From the IMG/VR virus record IMGVR_UViG_3300010163_000018, positions 9,668 to 73,667 of that record: DNA of 64,000 nt; one strand, written 5' to 3'. The notes below the pieces were generated by a model. That model made no database searches. It was not told where the DNA came from and saw only the letters and a list, made by a program, of their open reading frames with translations. The translations under genes and the position numbers were made by a program. Of this stretch, positions 1-11,556 are shown in pieces. Numbering within the stretch: position 1 is the first letter of the stretch; the number at the start of each line of letters is the position of its first letter. Source of the DNA: a virus. Taxonomy: Duplodnaviria; Caudoviricetes.

Positions 1-45
1 GCCAGCGTTGGCAAGCTGGATGAAATGATTAAAAACGAAAGATAA
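1..45 (+). CDS. 3' end of a gene entering the window (ASVGKLDEMIKNER-stop)
   Basis: Open frame from base 1 to TAA at 43-45, directly followed by a terminator-like hairpin. Confidence 0.4.
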   Translation, partial: ASVGKLDEMIKNER

Positions 46-67
46 TGAGGGGCGGACATGCCCCTCA
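46..67 (+). terminator. Intrinsic terminator hairpin
   Basis: TGAGGGGC-ggacat-GCCCCTCA perfect 8-bp stem followed by a T-rich tract. Confidence 0.75.
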
Positions 68-173
68 ATATTCTTTTTATTTTTCTATGCTTCCATGATG
101 ATCCGGTTTATTTTTTATCTCTTAATATGTAGCCAAAACGATTTCTTAATAACTTATAGAAAGGGCTGATATA

Positions 174-368
174 ATGGCACGTGATCCAAGAATGCCGGCA
201 ACATTTGATCTGCCTGATGGTGATTTTGTTGCATTAATAACATGGGCATATGTTGTTGACAAGTTCGAAAAAATCCTTAACGGAGTTATTACCAACATGG
301 ATTTGATTAATAAAGATCTTGGTCGCATTGATAAGAAGATCGATCAATGGACTAATAAGGAGGAATAA
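174..368 (+). CDS. Hypothetical protein, 64 aa
   Basis: ORF with upstream GAAAGGG site; first gene of the tail-fibre operon. Confidence 0.65.
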   Translation: MARDPRMPATFDLPDGDFVALITWAYVVDKFEKILNGVITNMDLINKDLGRIDKKIDQWTNKEE

Positions 369-371
369 ATT

Positions 372-782
372 ATGGCGGATATGGAGGAAGTATTTGTCAA
401 ATTAAATACAATCATAAAGGAACAGCAAGCCGTCATTCATTCAATTGCTGAAAAGCTTGAGAGGCTTGAATCAATCGGCGGTGGTGGAACGGCATCCATC
501 GAGGACTACATGTCTGGGAAGAAATACAAGAGAAATGTCCTCGTTGTTGATACTGCAACCGAAACTGTATATCGTGTTCTTGATGAATATGTTTCAGAAA
601 CGGTTGAGAAGGATTGTGAACTCGGTAAACTCAAGTTAGTTGGCTTCGAATCACAGATCGTTTCTATCTCACACGATCCTACACAAGCAGATATCGATAC
701 ATTTCCTGATGATGCTGTTGTTGCCGTTTACTCAACAACAGACGCTCCGTATGTTCCCGAGGACAGCGGATATGACATATGA
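372..782 (+). CDS. Hypothetical, probably tail-associated protein with N-terminal coiled coil
   Basis: 136-aa ORF with SD AAGGAGG, tightly packed in the operon. Confidence 0.7.
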   Translation: MADMEEVFVKLNTIIKEQQAVIHSIAEKLERLESIGGGGTASIEDYMSGKKYKRNVLVVDTATETVYRVLDEYVSETVEKDCELGKLKLVGFESQIVSISHDPTQADIDTFPDDAVVAVYSTTDAPYVPEDSGYDI

Positions 783-812
783 TTTTATTTTTTGTAGAAA
801 GCGGGTGATATA

Positions 813-3800
813 ATGGCCGAACTTTTAGGATATCACAATAGTCTATGGAAACCCATAATGGAATTTACACACAAGGGTGAACCGGAAGAGTTTACGTTAC
901 AACCGGGGAAATATCTTCTCGTATGTAGTGGGGCCAAAGGGGGTTCTTCATATAGATACTCTAACATGAAGAGCTATGGCGGTGTATCATATGGTATCCT
1001 TAATCTTAAGGAACCCTCTGCATTCTATGCCGTTGTCGGTGGCGATGGTGAGGACTATACCCCCAAGAACACGTCAACATCTGCTAAAGGTGGATACAAC
1101 GGTGGTGGAGATGGTGGTTTAGGTTATGCTGGATATGAGAACGGTCCCGGTGGTGGAGGTGCATCAGATATCCGTTTAACATTGAATGATGAGATCGTAT
1201 ATCCATCAGGAACCGCGAGATTACCAGATGAATATCAGGAAGTTGAATACATTGAATGTGACTATGGTTCATATATTAATACTGGATATATTCACAAATC
1301 CAATACGACGGTGGAATGGATCGGTGAAGCAGTAACCCAATTAAAGACTACCGAAATACTATTCGGGTCCAGAAAAAGTTATGGTTATAATCAACTATGG
1401 TTCCAATCAACAAATGGATCTACTAATTCCGCAGCATATGGTTGTGGCACCACAGATGAACACATTAACAATTTTCCATTCAATAAGAAAGTTAAAATAG
1501 TCGCTAATGGGTCCACATGTAGTTGGTATGTCGGAGATAATCTCGATGAATTTGGTTCATCAATCACAGTAAACAGTTCTATGCAGGATGGTGTATGTCC
1601 ATTATTCCTTTTCAGTATGGCAGATAATTCGACAGTACCAAACAGCAAATACAATGCCGCGGGTAAACTATACTCATTCAAGATATTCGAAGACGGCGAA
1701 CTTGTTCATGATTTTGTTCCATGTTATACACAGGCGAATCCTGAAGTTGTGGGATTATACGACATCTTTGCAAACGAGTTTGTTGAAGCCTCAGGAAAAT
1801 TTAACATAAAGAAATTCCCCACCAAATCATTATTATCAAGGATAATAGTTGCCGGAGGAGGAGGAGGATTTCAATCTACCGATTATATCAATTATTCAGC
1901 AAATGGTGGTGGTGCATTTGGTGGTTGCATAATATCTGGATCAAAGGACCCAAACAATTATAAATATCCAACACAGACAGATGGCTATTCTTTTGGACAA
2001 GGAATGACTCCCAATAAAAAGACCAACAAACCAAACTATGGTGCCGAAGGTGCCGGTGGAGGTGGTGGAGGATGGTTTGGTGGATATTCATCCGGATCTG
2101 ATAATTGTGAATATTCATCATGCAATGGTGGTGGCGGATCAGGATACGTATATACTGAAGCTTCATATAAACCATATGAAGGAACAGATATAATCAGTCC
2201 TGATTATTATCTGACTGATACCACATTGACATGTGGTCAATCAGTTGAGTCATCTATTAAGATATATATCAGAACAATTGCTCCCAATGTAGGAGACACA
2301 ATAGAATTCCCAAACGTATGCAGAACTGAAGAAATCGGTCTATTTTCAGGAACATATGAAATTGAGTGTTACGGCGGCGACGGGGGTATACGATCAGACA
2401 TAAACAGAGCCGCTCGTGGGGGTTACGTTAGAGGAACATTAAACAATACCAAATACCGTAAAATATTTGTCACCGTAGGTGGTAGTGGTATTTCCGGTGG
2501 TATTAGTCCACCGTTCCCCGATAACTACAATCCTTCAATGTCATTCAATGGAGGCGGAAACCCTGGTGTCATGAATGATTATCGTTCATGTGCCGGTGGT
2601 GGTGCATCTGATGTTCGTTTGGATGTAAATGATCTCTATCACCGGATCATTGTTGCTGGCGGTGGAGGAGCCCAAGGATCATCGTCTGACTACGGTGGTG
2701 CTGGTGGTGGAGAAACTGGAGAAGCTGCAACAGGTCGTTATGGAACAACGCCAGGACCAGGAACCCAATCAGGAACACCACAGAATACGACATACCCAAC
2801 AGTGAATGGATCGTTTGGAAAAGGTGGTAATGGTGTTTGTGCAAGTGGTGGATTCGGTGGTGCTGGCGGTGGAGGATGGTTTGGTGGTTCAGGAACATAT
2901 CCAGATGGTAGCGGTGATGATGATCGCGGCGGTTGTGGAGGATCTGGATACGTGTATAATGAATTATCATATAAACCCGACGAATACGAAATTAATGATC
3001 CGGCAGATTATCTAAGTGATACATATATGCTAACAGGTGGTAATTCATTACCACAAGGAATGAGTAAAATCGTGATAACATGTAATGACATACAATCAAT
3101 ACGATTCTTAGCATATGACAATGAAGGATATAAATTCTTCAATAATGAGACTAATTCATGGGAATATTTTTATGCTACCGAATTAACCCCTGAGATTTTC
3201 GAAGAGTATGGAGCTCTCAATGCTACAACCGATCAAGGTTTGTTAAATGAATATACTATATATGCATATAACGACATTAATTACACGGATAAAATCTCTA
3301 TCTATGTATCACCATATAAACAACTGAGAATCAAGGCATACACTGGCACAAATATGATGGCTGATAAGTTATCTATTGATGCTGATTACAATGAAGATTT
3401 GTGTCAGATTAATACTATCGGACGTCGTGTCGGTACAGGTGATGATGCAAAATTAATGATTGACATGTATGTCAATAATAAACCTCGGGGTGAAATTATT
3501 GATATATACTGCGTACACACACTATCAGTGACGAGATCAGTATCAAAGGCAAACAGATATATCAAACCTGTTGACCCAAATCATAAGTACGAACCAGAAT
3601 CTGGATCAGGCGTATTAAGTTATGAATCCGGGATTGACTACAGCACAGGATCTCGTGTTATGGATCCAGACACAGGAAGAGAATATGACGTTATTGCATC
3701 ATATACATCCAAGTCTATAAAAGAAGACTTACGGGAAAATTATATCAAACCAAAGAAAAAGTATTTGTTGAAGGTTGGTAGTAGCTCTGACAAACAGCTC

Positions 3801-5051
3801 TCATATAGAAATTTCTTAGGTACTTATGGTGATGAAACTATTGATACGATCTATTGCAGGTTGTCTGCTATTAATCGGAGAACGTTGTACCTGTTAATGG
3901 ATTGCGTTTCGAGTAGTGGAACCAAATTTGTTCGTATCAAAGCGGTTAATATGATTACATCAAAGACGCGTTTGATCGCTGACCTTCCATGGGATTCATT
4001 AGGTAGTGATTATCATGGAGGATTTCTGGTTGATGACAACTATGGGTATGTATCGCATAGTGAGCAAGTCGGTAGTAGTAATGGATATCGAAGGATATTC
4101 AGATTTTCATTAACCAATCCGGCAGATATAAAATTATTCCAATTTGCCGTCAATGAACGGCGATACAGGTTTGAATCATTCGGCAAGATGGTATGGAAAG
4201 ACAAGAACACTATTATGTTGGACACATACAATGGATGTGTTGAATTCAACACAATAACCCGTCTTTTTACCGAGCACTATTATTCGACGAAGAGTAATAA
4301 CCGAAGGGATTTCTGTGTTGGAAAAAGATACTTCATCTCCAATATAAATGCTAATTCAACGTCGTCATATGTTTATGACATGATTGATGATCTATGGTAT
4401 GACCTTGCAAATACATTTTTTACCCTACCTGTCAACGCCCCATCAGCAACTACATACGATGATGACAACAGTCAATTCATATTCGTGCAGACAGGATACA
4501 TTACATTTGTAGATGAAGAAACTATGACAATAGTCAAATCGGTACCAACGTCTTGGGGCGTTCCAAAAAGTGTTCATTACACAAATGGATATGTCTTTAT
4601 AACGATTAATGATTCCCCATTGATGTGGATATTTGATATTAAGAATAACAGATTTGATGGTTTCTATCTGGATTGGTCTATGGGCGGATTAAGTGAAACC
4701 ACAATAACAAGACCTTCAGTATTTAAAGGATACTTCTTCCAACCATATTGGACACTTTTGGTTTTTACATTCCAAGGAGCAGCTAAATATAACTTTGGTG
4801 GAAAGTACAGCCAATACCAGATACTGTACAACAAAGCCAGTATTACCAATCTTTCGTATGATGAAAACTTTGTTACTGTATATGACGACTTTGTTGAAGT
4901 TCATGACGGAAGCATCCAAAAGGAAACAGTTGAGGATTCTGTTGGTGATGGATATCAAATAACTCATGCGTCGTTTAACAAAAATGAATATTCAGAGTTC
5001 ATCAATTTGAGGGCAAACACGGTCCCAATAGATGAACCTGTGGTAGAATAA
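813..5051 (+). CDS. Glycine-rich tail/receptor-binding protein with two Gly-rich domains and an inserted LamG/ConA-like domain
   Basis: Repeated GGGASD(I/V)RL, RIIVAGGGG and GGGGGWFGG motifs of the phage glycine-rich domain; LPDEYQEVEYIE...GKLYSFKIFEDGELVHDFVPC lectin-like module; aromatic beta-rich C-terminus. Confidence 0.8.
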   Translation: MAELLGYHNSLWKPIMEFTHKGEPEEFTLQPGKYLLVCSGAKGGSSYRYSNMKSYGGVSYGILNLKEPSAFYAVVGGDGEDYTPKNTSTSAKGGYNGGGDGGLGYAGYENGPGGGGASDIRLTLNDEIVYPSGTARLPDEYQEVEYIECDYGSYINTGYIHKSNTTVEWIGEAVTQLKTTEILFGSRKSYGYNQLWFQSTNGSTNSAAYGCGTTDEHINNFPFNKKVKIVANGSTCSWYVGDNLDEFGSSITVNSSMQDGVCPLFLFSMADNSTVPNSKYNAAGKLYSFKIFEDGELVHDFVPCYTQANPEVVGLYDIFANEFVEASGKFNIKKFPTKSLLSRIIVAGGGGGFQSTDYINYSANGGGAFGGCIISGSKDPNNYKYPTQTDGYSFGQGMTPNKKTNKPNYGAEGAGGGGGGWFGGYSSGSDNCEYSSCNGGGGSGYVYTEASYKPYEGTDIISPDYYLTDTTLTCGQSVESSIKIYIRTIAPNVGDTIEFPNVCRTEEIGLFSGTYEIECYGGDGGIRSDINRAARGGYVRGTLNNTKYRKIFVTVGGSGISGGISPPFPDNYNPSMSFNGGGNPGVMNDYRSCAGGGASDVRLDVNDLYHRIIVAGGGGAQGSSSDYGGAGGGETGEAATGRYGTTPGPGTQSGTPQNTTYPTVNGSFGKGGNGVCASGGFGGAGGGGWFGGSGTYPDGSGDDDRGGCGGSGYVYNELSYKPDEYEINDPADYLSDTYMLTGGNSLPQGMSKIVITCNDIQSIRFLAYDNEGYKFFNNETNSWEYFYATELTPEIFEEYGALNATTDQGLLNEYTIYAYNDINYTDKISIYVSPYKQLRIKAYTGTNMMADKLSIDADYNEDLCQINTIGRRVGTGDDAKLMIDMYVNNKPRGEIIDIYCVHTLSVTRSVSKANRYIKPVDPNHKYEPESGSGVLSYESGIDYSTGSRVMDPDTGREYDVIASYTSKSIKEDLRENYIKPKKKYLLKVGSSSDKQLSYRNFLGTYGDETIDTIYCRLSAINRRTLYLLMDCVSSSGTKFVRIKAVNMITSKTRLIADLPWDSLGSDYHGGFLVDDNYGYVSHSEQVGSSNGYRRIFRFSLTNPADIKLFQFAVNERRYRFESFGKMVWKDKNTIMLDTYNGCVEFNTITRLFTEHYYSTKSNNRRDFCVGKRYFISNINANSTSSYVYDMIDDLWYDLANTFFTLPVNAPSATTYDDDNSQFIFVQTGYITFVDEETMTIVKSVPTSWGVPKSVHYTNGYVFITINDSPLMWIFDIKNNRFDGFYLDWSMGGLSETTITRPSVFKGYFFQPYWTLLVFTFQGAAKYNFGGKYSQYQILYNKASITNLSYDENFVTVYDDFVEVHDGSIQKETVEDSVGDGYQITHASFNKNEYSEFINLRANTVPIDEPVVE

Positions 5052-5074
5052 TAACAGAAAGGAGTGATGCTATA

Positions 5075-7921
5075 ATGGATATAATTGAATCACGTCCACG
5101 TGATGAAGTGCTTGACCGTGCAATCGAGTTTGCTCGTAAATTAAGACCCAATAGTGGGTTTTCAAATTTGTATGTTGCTCGAAGAATCGATCGGAATGGT
5201 AATGTCATTGATGAAAAGTATGGAATGAATCTCATGACTGACTATGGCATGAAGCAATTCTTTACATTGGAACAAAACTTTCCGACAAGCTTTTATGTTG
5301 GAAATGGAACAACAACATTCACCGTTGAGACAAATGTTATGGCTGGAAAGATTCCGGGTCTAACCCAGGCAGCAATAAATTCAGACACCAACAAGTATTA
5401 TGGTTATCCAACATATTTCGCATCGGCGGATAGCCTGTCAGGTGATACGGGTCTCATAACATGTGTGATGAAATACTTATCATGTTATTATGATTACAAT
5501 ATAAGCGGTCTATCTAATCCTGTATCAATAACCGAATATGGTATTGGTGGTAGCAGTGACGGTGATATTGATAAATTGTGGACTCATTCATGGGTATATG
5601 ATTCAAAAGGTAAGAAGACATATATAACCAAGAACGTCAACGAACGTCTTGTGTTCGATGTCTATTTATGTATGTCATATTATGAATCATTGATTCTTTC
5701 GGGATACCAAAACCAAGATGAAATCACAAAGAAATGGACGAACAAAGATTACACAAAAGATGATTCTCGTTTCACTGTGATAACAACAATGCATCAATTC
5801 ATGAATAGAATGTTGGAAAATGAGATGGGTACATTCAAACGTAACAATGTACGTTATAACAGAGGCCGTGCCGCGAAGTCTTATTCTGCATTCGCGAATA
5901 ATAGAATATACAACGTTGATACAATGAATACATTTACAATGTATGCTGAAGATTCTTCCAATAGTGGCGCTGTAAACTACTCAGGATATATCGACGGATT
6001 CTATCAAATGCATACAGGATTCCTGACACTTGAAAGACAACATATCGATCCTCCCGAGAATATCGATATCACTGTTAGATCACAACAAGCATGGGAATTT
6101 GATGGTATATCACGACAGTTCGGTTCCAATTATAATGTCCCAGTAACTCAATTGGACGCAACAAGTGTTTGTATGTTCGATCATAAGAGTACCGAAACGG
6201 ATAAAGATAAAAGATGGGGTGTTCCTGTTGCATATCATAATGACAAGAACCACTGGTATACCGAAACATCTATGACCACAACATTTGCCGTTCCTATTTA
6301 CTATACAAACAACGATACCATTTCCACGTTATATTTGTACCAAAACATGAGACCGGACGATCCGATTGAAAAGATTGATATTGCGACCAGTACCATCTAT
6401 GCAACAAACCGATACTGGAATGCCCGGTTTATATCAGACACATCCGTTGACGATCCCGATAACTATTGGATTCTGATAACTGATCCGTCTAACATACCCG
6501 AGAAATGTAAGACTGCTCGATATTGGATTACTAATACAAAAGATGTTAGCATGACAATATATCGTAGATCCGATGTATTCTATCTACGGAGCAATACATC
6601 TGCATATGAAGGTAATGAAATACAGACTATCAATGAATTTCCAAAGGTAATTGGTTCTGAAAAAATATGTGACAACTATGAATATGGATGGTACATGAGA
6701 GGCAATAAAGTATATATCCCAGACCGTCATTCGATGATGACAGTTGGTTCTTCGACCGGAACAGATACTGATACTATGACATATAGAAAATGGTTGGTTA
6801 CGTTTAATTCAAACTCATCAGCAGATTTGTATTATGCTGATATGAGTAATGTTAAAACAGCTGCCAACCCCACGGTTAATACTTTCAAAGTACCATTCAC
6901 GGATACATCTGTAAATATCATGAACCAGTGTTATCGTACAGAATCTGATACTGGTTTGATATGTTTACAAAGTATCAAGAGTGGATGTAACGAAGCAGTT
7001 ATCATCGATCTAAGAAATGACACGTGGGTTACTGACCCCAAGAAAATATCTGATTCAAGGATCGCAACATGTATTTGGGGTACTAACAAGATTGCTTATA
7101 TAAAGAGCACACCAGAAGAAACCCCATGCATTCATGTATTTGATATGGAAACCGAATCCGAAGAAGTAATTACTGTTTCATATGACGGTGAAGAAGGTTT
7201 GACAGATATTTCCACTATATCATTCATGTATGGTAGTAGAAATAAGATATGGATAACCGATGGTAGTAAATATGCATATGCAATAGACATTACATCTACA
7301 GACAAGAAGGCTAAAGGTTTCGATAATGCTATTCTGATATCTTATGGAAATCTTTACAAATACAAGATTACGATTGTGGATGATGTGTTCATCATATATA
7401 ATCCAACGTCTACGGATATTGGTACTGCGATGTATATTTGTTATGATAACCCAACGCATGTATTCTCATTTGACAATACAGGCATTGACTATAATCCTAC
7501 CAATAACATGTCTACCCCTACGACAATGACATTACGGTATTTAAATCGTGATGGTGTGAATAATCGTGGTGCATTGATGTTGTTAATCAACAGAGGAGAT
7601 AGCTCCTCATCATACGATATGCATTGTCAACTGTATGACTTCGGACAGTACTTATTTGATGAAACAGTGACCCGATATAACACCAGTCAAAGAAATATGT
7701 CAACATTGTCACCATATGGCGAATATATGGTTCTTAACTGCAAAACTATATCACCGGCTGTCAACCTTATGCCGGTTCGTATTAAAGGAACCACAAATAC
7801 TATCACAACCCTTAATCACATCAAAAACGTATCCAATAAACAATTCACAATTGAATACACAAACCTTCCGCAGTTTGGTAATTCTGAAAATAATGGTTTA
7901 CCACCTGGGGTTAGGAATTAA
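5075..7921 (+). CDS. Tail fibre/receptor-binding protein, paralog 1 (948 aa)
   Basis: N-terminal anchor-like domain (MNLMTDYG...ITEYGIG...KNVNERL) and C-terminal motif (RIKGTTNTITTLNH) shared with 8506 and 12118. Confidence 0.75.
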   Translation: MDIIESRPRDEVLDRAIEFARKLRPNSGFSNLYVARRIDRNGNVIDEKYGMNLMTDYGMKQFFTLEQNFPTSFYVGNGTTTFTVETNVMAGKIPGLTQAAINSDTNKYYGYPTYFASADSLSGDTGLITCVMKYLSCYYDYNISGLSNPVSITEYGIGGSSDGDIDKLWTHSWVYDSKGKKTYITKNVNERLVFDVYLCMSYYESLILSGYQNQDEITKKWTNKDYTKDDSRFTVITTMHQFMNRMLENEMGTFKRNNVRYNRGRAAKSYSAFANNRIYNVDTMNTFTMYAEDSSNSGAVNYSGYIDGFYQMHTGFLTLERQHIDPPENIDITVRSQQAWEFDGISRQFGSNYNVPVTQLDATSVCMFDHKSTETDKDKRWGVPVAYHNDKNHWYTETSMTTTFAVPIYYTNNDTISTLYLYQNMRPDDPIEKIDIATSTIYATNRYWNARFISDTSVDDPDNYWILITDPSNIPEKCKTARYWITNTKDVSMTIYRRSDVFYLRSNTSAYEGNEIQTINEFPKVIGSEKICDNYEYGWYMRGNKVYIPDRHSMMTVGSSTGTDTDTMTYRKWLVTFNSNSSADLYYADMSNVKTAANPTVNTFKVPFTDTSVNIMNQCYRTESDTGLICLQSIKSGCNEAVIIDLRNDTWVTDPKKISDSRIATCIWGTNKIAYIKSTPEETPCIHVFDMETESEEVITVSYDGEEGLTDISTISFMYGSRNKIWITDGSKYAYAIDITSTDKKAKGFDNAILISYGNLYKYKITIVDDVFIIYNPTSTDIGTAMYICYDNPTHVFSFDNTGIDYNPTNNMSTPTTMTLRYLNRDGVNNRGALMLLINRGDSSSSYDMHCQLYDFGQYLFDETVTRYNTSQRNMSTLSPYGEYMVLNCKTISPAVNLMPVRIKGTTNTITTLNHIKNVSNKQFTIEYTNLPQFGNSENNGLPPGVRN

Positions 7922-7944
7922 CAACATTGTGGTGGTGATTTATT

Positions 7945-8490
7945 ATGGCAAATATTTTCCGTAGTAAGGAGATATATAAAAAGATAAAAACAAATACATC
8001 CGAACAAGACATTGTCTCAATAAGAGGCATGTATGTGGTGGGGGACTATAGTCCCCCATATTACATACAACCAATGATGGTATTGACAAATGTCGAAACG
8101 AATAAGGCAAAGATAGCTGATTATGTTGATCAACGTGAAATAATCAATCCTGGTGATTCTTGCCATGGTTTACTTGATATTGATATAATAGGTGATTTAA
8201 CAATTGCCCGTTATACCAAAGAATATGCACCAACAATTCAATCTGACAACTCATGTCATGGATTATTAGACCTTGATCTCATTGGTGAATTGTCAGTTTA
8301 TAAGTATGGAAAAGACTACCCTCCAAATACATACCCAAATGATTCTTTACACGGGTTATTGGATTTAGACATAGAAGGACATGTGGAATTTATTAAATAT
8401 GAGAACAGACTCAATCCCCAAAAAAATCCCTGCATAAGAATTACTCGTTGTCAAACAACTAAGGCGTTAATAACGAATCAAAATAAATAA
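7945..8490 (+). CDS. 181-aa tail-associated protein with three 31-aa repeats, partner 1
   Basis: Starts MANIFRSKEIYKK; three (D/N)S(C/L)HGLLD(I/L)D repeats spaced 93 nt apart (8155, 8248, 8341). Confidence 0.75.
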   Translation: MANIFRSKEIYKKIKTNTSEQDIVSIRGMYVVGDYSPPYYIQPMMVLTNVETNKAKIADYVDQREIINPGDSCHGLLDIDIIGDLTIARYTKEYAPTIQSDNSCHGLLDLDLIGELSVYKYGKDYPPNTYPNDSLHGLLDLDIEGHVEFIKYENRLNPQKNPCIRITRCQTTKALITNQNK

Positions 8491-8505
8491 AAGGAGGTAA
8501 TATTA

Positions 8506-11500
8506 ATGAATGATACTATGGAATATCACTCTGAAAAAGAATTACCCGATTCAGTACGTAAATTCATAAACAACGTTCATCGTGCTGGGTATGACAACAT
8601 ATATCATGTTCGTAGTGTTGATATAGATGGTACCATTATCGATGAGAAATTCGGAATGAATGTCATGACCAATAAAGGATTAAAAATCATGTTTGGTTCT
8701 ATCAGTGCAAACACTCGATATATGTGGACTGGATTAAACAATGATGTTGAACCCCAAACTACGGATACAAGCATAACAGAAGTTTCCCCTTTCCCAAATT
8801 CAATGAAAACTGGTACATTGGCATTCACTGCATATCCATCCGTATATCATCCTGAAACACATATATTGACGTCTTTGTGCCTAAGGTACCAGGACTTTTA
8901 TTATGATTATAATTATTCTGGTATCACTGAAGATGTCGAAATTAAAGAGATTGGTTATGGCACATCACCCACAGACTTATCAATGCATGCGTTAATATAT
9001 GATGAATATGGAAATAAGTCATCAATCATAAAGAAACCTAATACGAGATTGTACATATCCGTATATATACAAGCTGGAATCAACGTTGACCTGTTTGACC
9101 AATTGTGGCGTAAGGGTATATATTTCTTCACAACACCAAATGCGTGGCTCTTTAGAGATGAACCAGCAGGGGATGACATATATCTTACGATGTGTTATAT
9201 GACACGTCGAGCACAAGGACCCGTACATGCAAATCATAGATATATGGATTATTCCCATCATCGAGGTTATAATGTACACGTAGATGCAGGGGACGATACG
9301 ATATATCAGACAAAAGTCGACCAAAACGGAACAGGTGTACGTGACTGGCAATATGATTATATATCTACAATATGTTTTGGTGATATCTATACCGATGCAA
9401 ATAATTTATATGAAGACAAGTTCACAAGTTTGAATTTCTGGGGATTCAAACTTATCCAGATGAATGAATCTGAGGATATCGTTATTGAAAGAGCATATAC
9501 AAACTCTTCATCGAGTGATAATTTCTCTAACATGTTTGGTTTAACAACAGATTTTCATTATAATACCGACATGACAAATAACAGTTATGGAACCTCTTCA
9601 GATGGAATGTTACCAATGACACATTTCTCCATTGAAGATATCTCTCTATACAATCATAAAACCAAGCAGTGGGATATTCCAGAAGAATTCGTAAGCGATC
9701 CGGAATACTTGTATGATGAAATAAATTCGACATATATGGGAAGAGCTTATATGAAGGATCAATCAGGTGTTGCCAAAGACTGTGTGATATTTATAAATTA
9801 CAAGGCGGACAAGTATAAGATAAAATCGTTCTCAAATTCGAATGTAACAATGTACGCATCTGATGCTTGGTGGGATGTATCCACATGGTCTCCAATATTG
9901 GCTGATTTAAACGATATCCCTACGGAATATCAACAAAAAAGATATTATATACTCACTCAATGGATCACAGATAAACCGTATCAACTTCGACCGGTATATT
10001 ACAAAGATGATGCAACAACGGGTTTGGAGACAACAACATTTCATGGATTAAAATTACCAACAGAAAAGTTTCCATACACCGTCGCAAAAATACCCAATGA
10101 CAGTGTAATTTATAAATCACCACAGACAAGATACGCATTCATCGCATGCTCTAACAAAAACAATTGGTTCATAATATGTGACTATATCATCTATCCGGAA
10201 AACCCAAGTGGTGTTAAATGTTATAAGATAGGCGAATATAATAACGGAGCCGGTGACAGTGGCTGGATTAGTTATTCATATACCACTAACAATACAATGT
10301 TTTCTACTGATGATAGGCTGGTAACAACTTTTTCTAAGTATCGATTAAATGGCAAGTTCTATTATGGCCTTCGCATATATGCATTGGATAATGAAGGATC
10401 TATTGCACCAAAATATGTTGATATTCCTTTATCATCAATATCCGGTGATCTGAATTACTATACCCGATCTTACGGTACCCGATTTTCGACATCATCGAAA
10501 GGATGGGTTATGTACAATTCCGATAAATATTGGCATCCAATCATTCTTGATATTTATGGTGAATCGAATACCAATGTTCTTGAAAATCTGGTTGATGTTG
10601 ATTTCGACAGAAAACCAAAGTGTTATCAGTTGACTGATAAATTGTATAAGTATGCTCATGTTCAAAATCTAACGGATTTCTTGGTATATTATAATTCGAA
10701 TGCTGAAACTGCCAATGTCATTGAAATCATGGATATGAAAACGCGAGAAGTTATACAATCATTCACATTACCAACAGACAGACAATACACTGTTGTCGGA
10801 ATTCATGGATGGAACGATATCGTTTATATAACTGCTACAGCAAATTCGGCATACTACCTATTTATGTATACAATGGCTGATGAAAAGATTGTTCATCTCG
10901 GTATGAGTTCATTCAGCATATTTAATCACAGTGATGTTAAATCATATGATATCCCGGAAATGTCTAATGAATATGTGTACTGTCTCGGGAGCAGTACTGG
11001 TGATTATCGCGCCGTTTTTGTAACTAAGGAAGACCCTACCAATTTTAAATACTTTACCAAGCACAAATATAGTGCATACAGAAACGTCGTAAATGGACAA
11101 TTACACTTTACAGATGATCAACAGACGCACATGGTTCTATCAACATTTAACGATCCTGAAACTCATTGGTACACATACAATTGGAGAACTATTTATGACA
11201 TGTGGGATTTAATTGACAACGGTCCCAATTTAACAATGCCTTATAAAAACTTCTTCTACACGTATACCAATCAAGGAATTGATAATATACCCGTTGTATT
11301 ATATAAAGATCGGGTAATGCGAATTTCGGATTCGGGCGAACCAAACTTTGGTGAGATAACATCATATCCTATACAGTATTCATTACCGCATAGGATGCAT
11401 GGTAAGACAAAAACGTTAACGGCATGGAATAATCCGTTTCAAGTAACCAAGGGTCTTTATTGGCAAACACGATGGACCAATGATATCAACAAAATAAAAG

Positions 11501-11556
11501 CTATATCGAGTGGTGATCAACCATCACCAACATCAAATGGTGATAATAATGGCTAA
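8506..11556 (+). CDS. Tail fibre/receptor-binding protein, paralog 2 (1016 aa)
   Basis: Same N-terminal domain, central DAWWDVSTW motif and C-terminal HGKTKTLTAWNNP motif as its paralogs; SD AAGGAGG. Confidence 0.75.
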   Translation: MNDTMEYHSEKELPDSVRKFINNVHRAGYDNIYHVRSVDIDGTIIDEKFGMNVMTNKGLKIMFGSISANTRYMWTGLNNDVEPQTTDTSITEVSPFPNSMKTGTLAFTAYPSVYHPETHILTSLCLRYQDFYYDYNYSGITEDVEIKEIGYGTSPTDLSMHALIYDEYGNKSSIIKKPNTRLYISVYIQAGINVDLFDQLWRKGIYFFTTPNAWLFRDEPAGDDIYLTMCYMTRRAQGPVHANHRYMDYSHHRGYNVHVDAGDDTIYQTKVDQNGTGVRDWQYDYISTICFGDIYTDANNLYEDKFTSLNFWGFKLIQMNESEDIVIERAYTNSSSSDNFSNMFGLTTDFHYNTDMTNNSYGTSSDGMLPMTHFSIEDISLYNHKTKQWDIPEEFVSDPEYLYDEINSTYMGRAYMKDQSGVAKDCVIFINYKADKYKIKSFSNSNVTMYASDAWWDVSTWSPILADLNDIPTEYQQKRYYILTQWITDKPYQLRPVYYKDDATTGLETTTFHGLKLPTEKFPYTVAKIPNDSVIYKSPQTRYAFIACSNKNNWFIICDYIIYPENPSGVKCYKIGEYNNGAGDSGWISYSYTTNNTMFSTDDRLVTTFSKYRLNGKFYYGLRIYALDNEGSIAPKYVDIPLSSISGDLNYYTRSYGTRFSTSSKGWVMYNSDKYWHPIILDIYGESNTNVLENLVDVDFDRKPKCYQLTDKLYKYAHVQNLTDFLVYYNSNAETANVIEIMDMKTREVIQSFTLPTDRQYTVVGIHGWNDIVYITATANSAYYLFMYTMADEKIVHLGMSSFSIFNHSDVKSYDIPEMSNEYVYCLGSSTGDYRAVFVTKEDPTNFKYFTKHKYSAYRNVVNGQLHFTDDQQTHMVLSTFNDPETHWYTYNWRTIYDMWDLIDNGPNLTMPYKNFFYTYTNQGIDNIPVVLYKDRVMRISDSGEPNFGEITSYPIQYSLPHRMHGKTKTLTAWNNPFQVTKGLYWQTRWTNDINKIKAISSGDQPSPTSNGDNNG

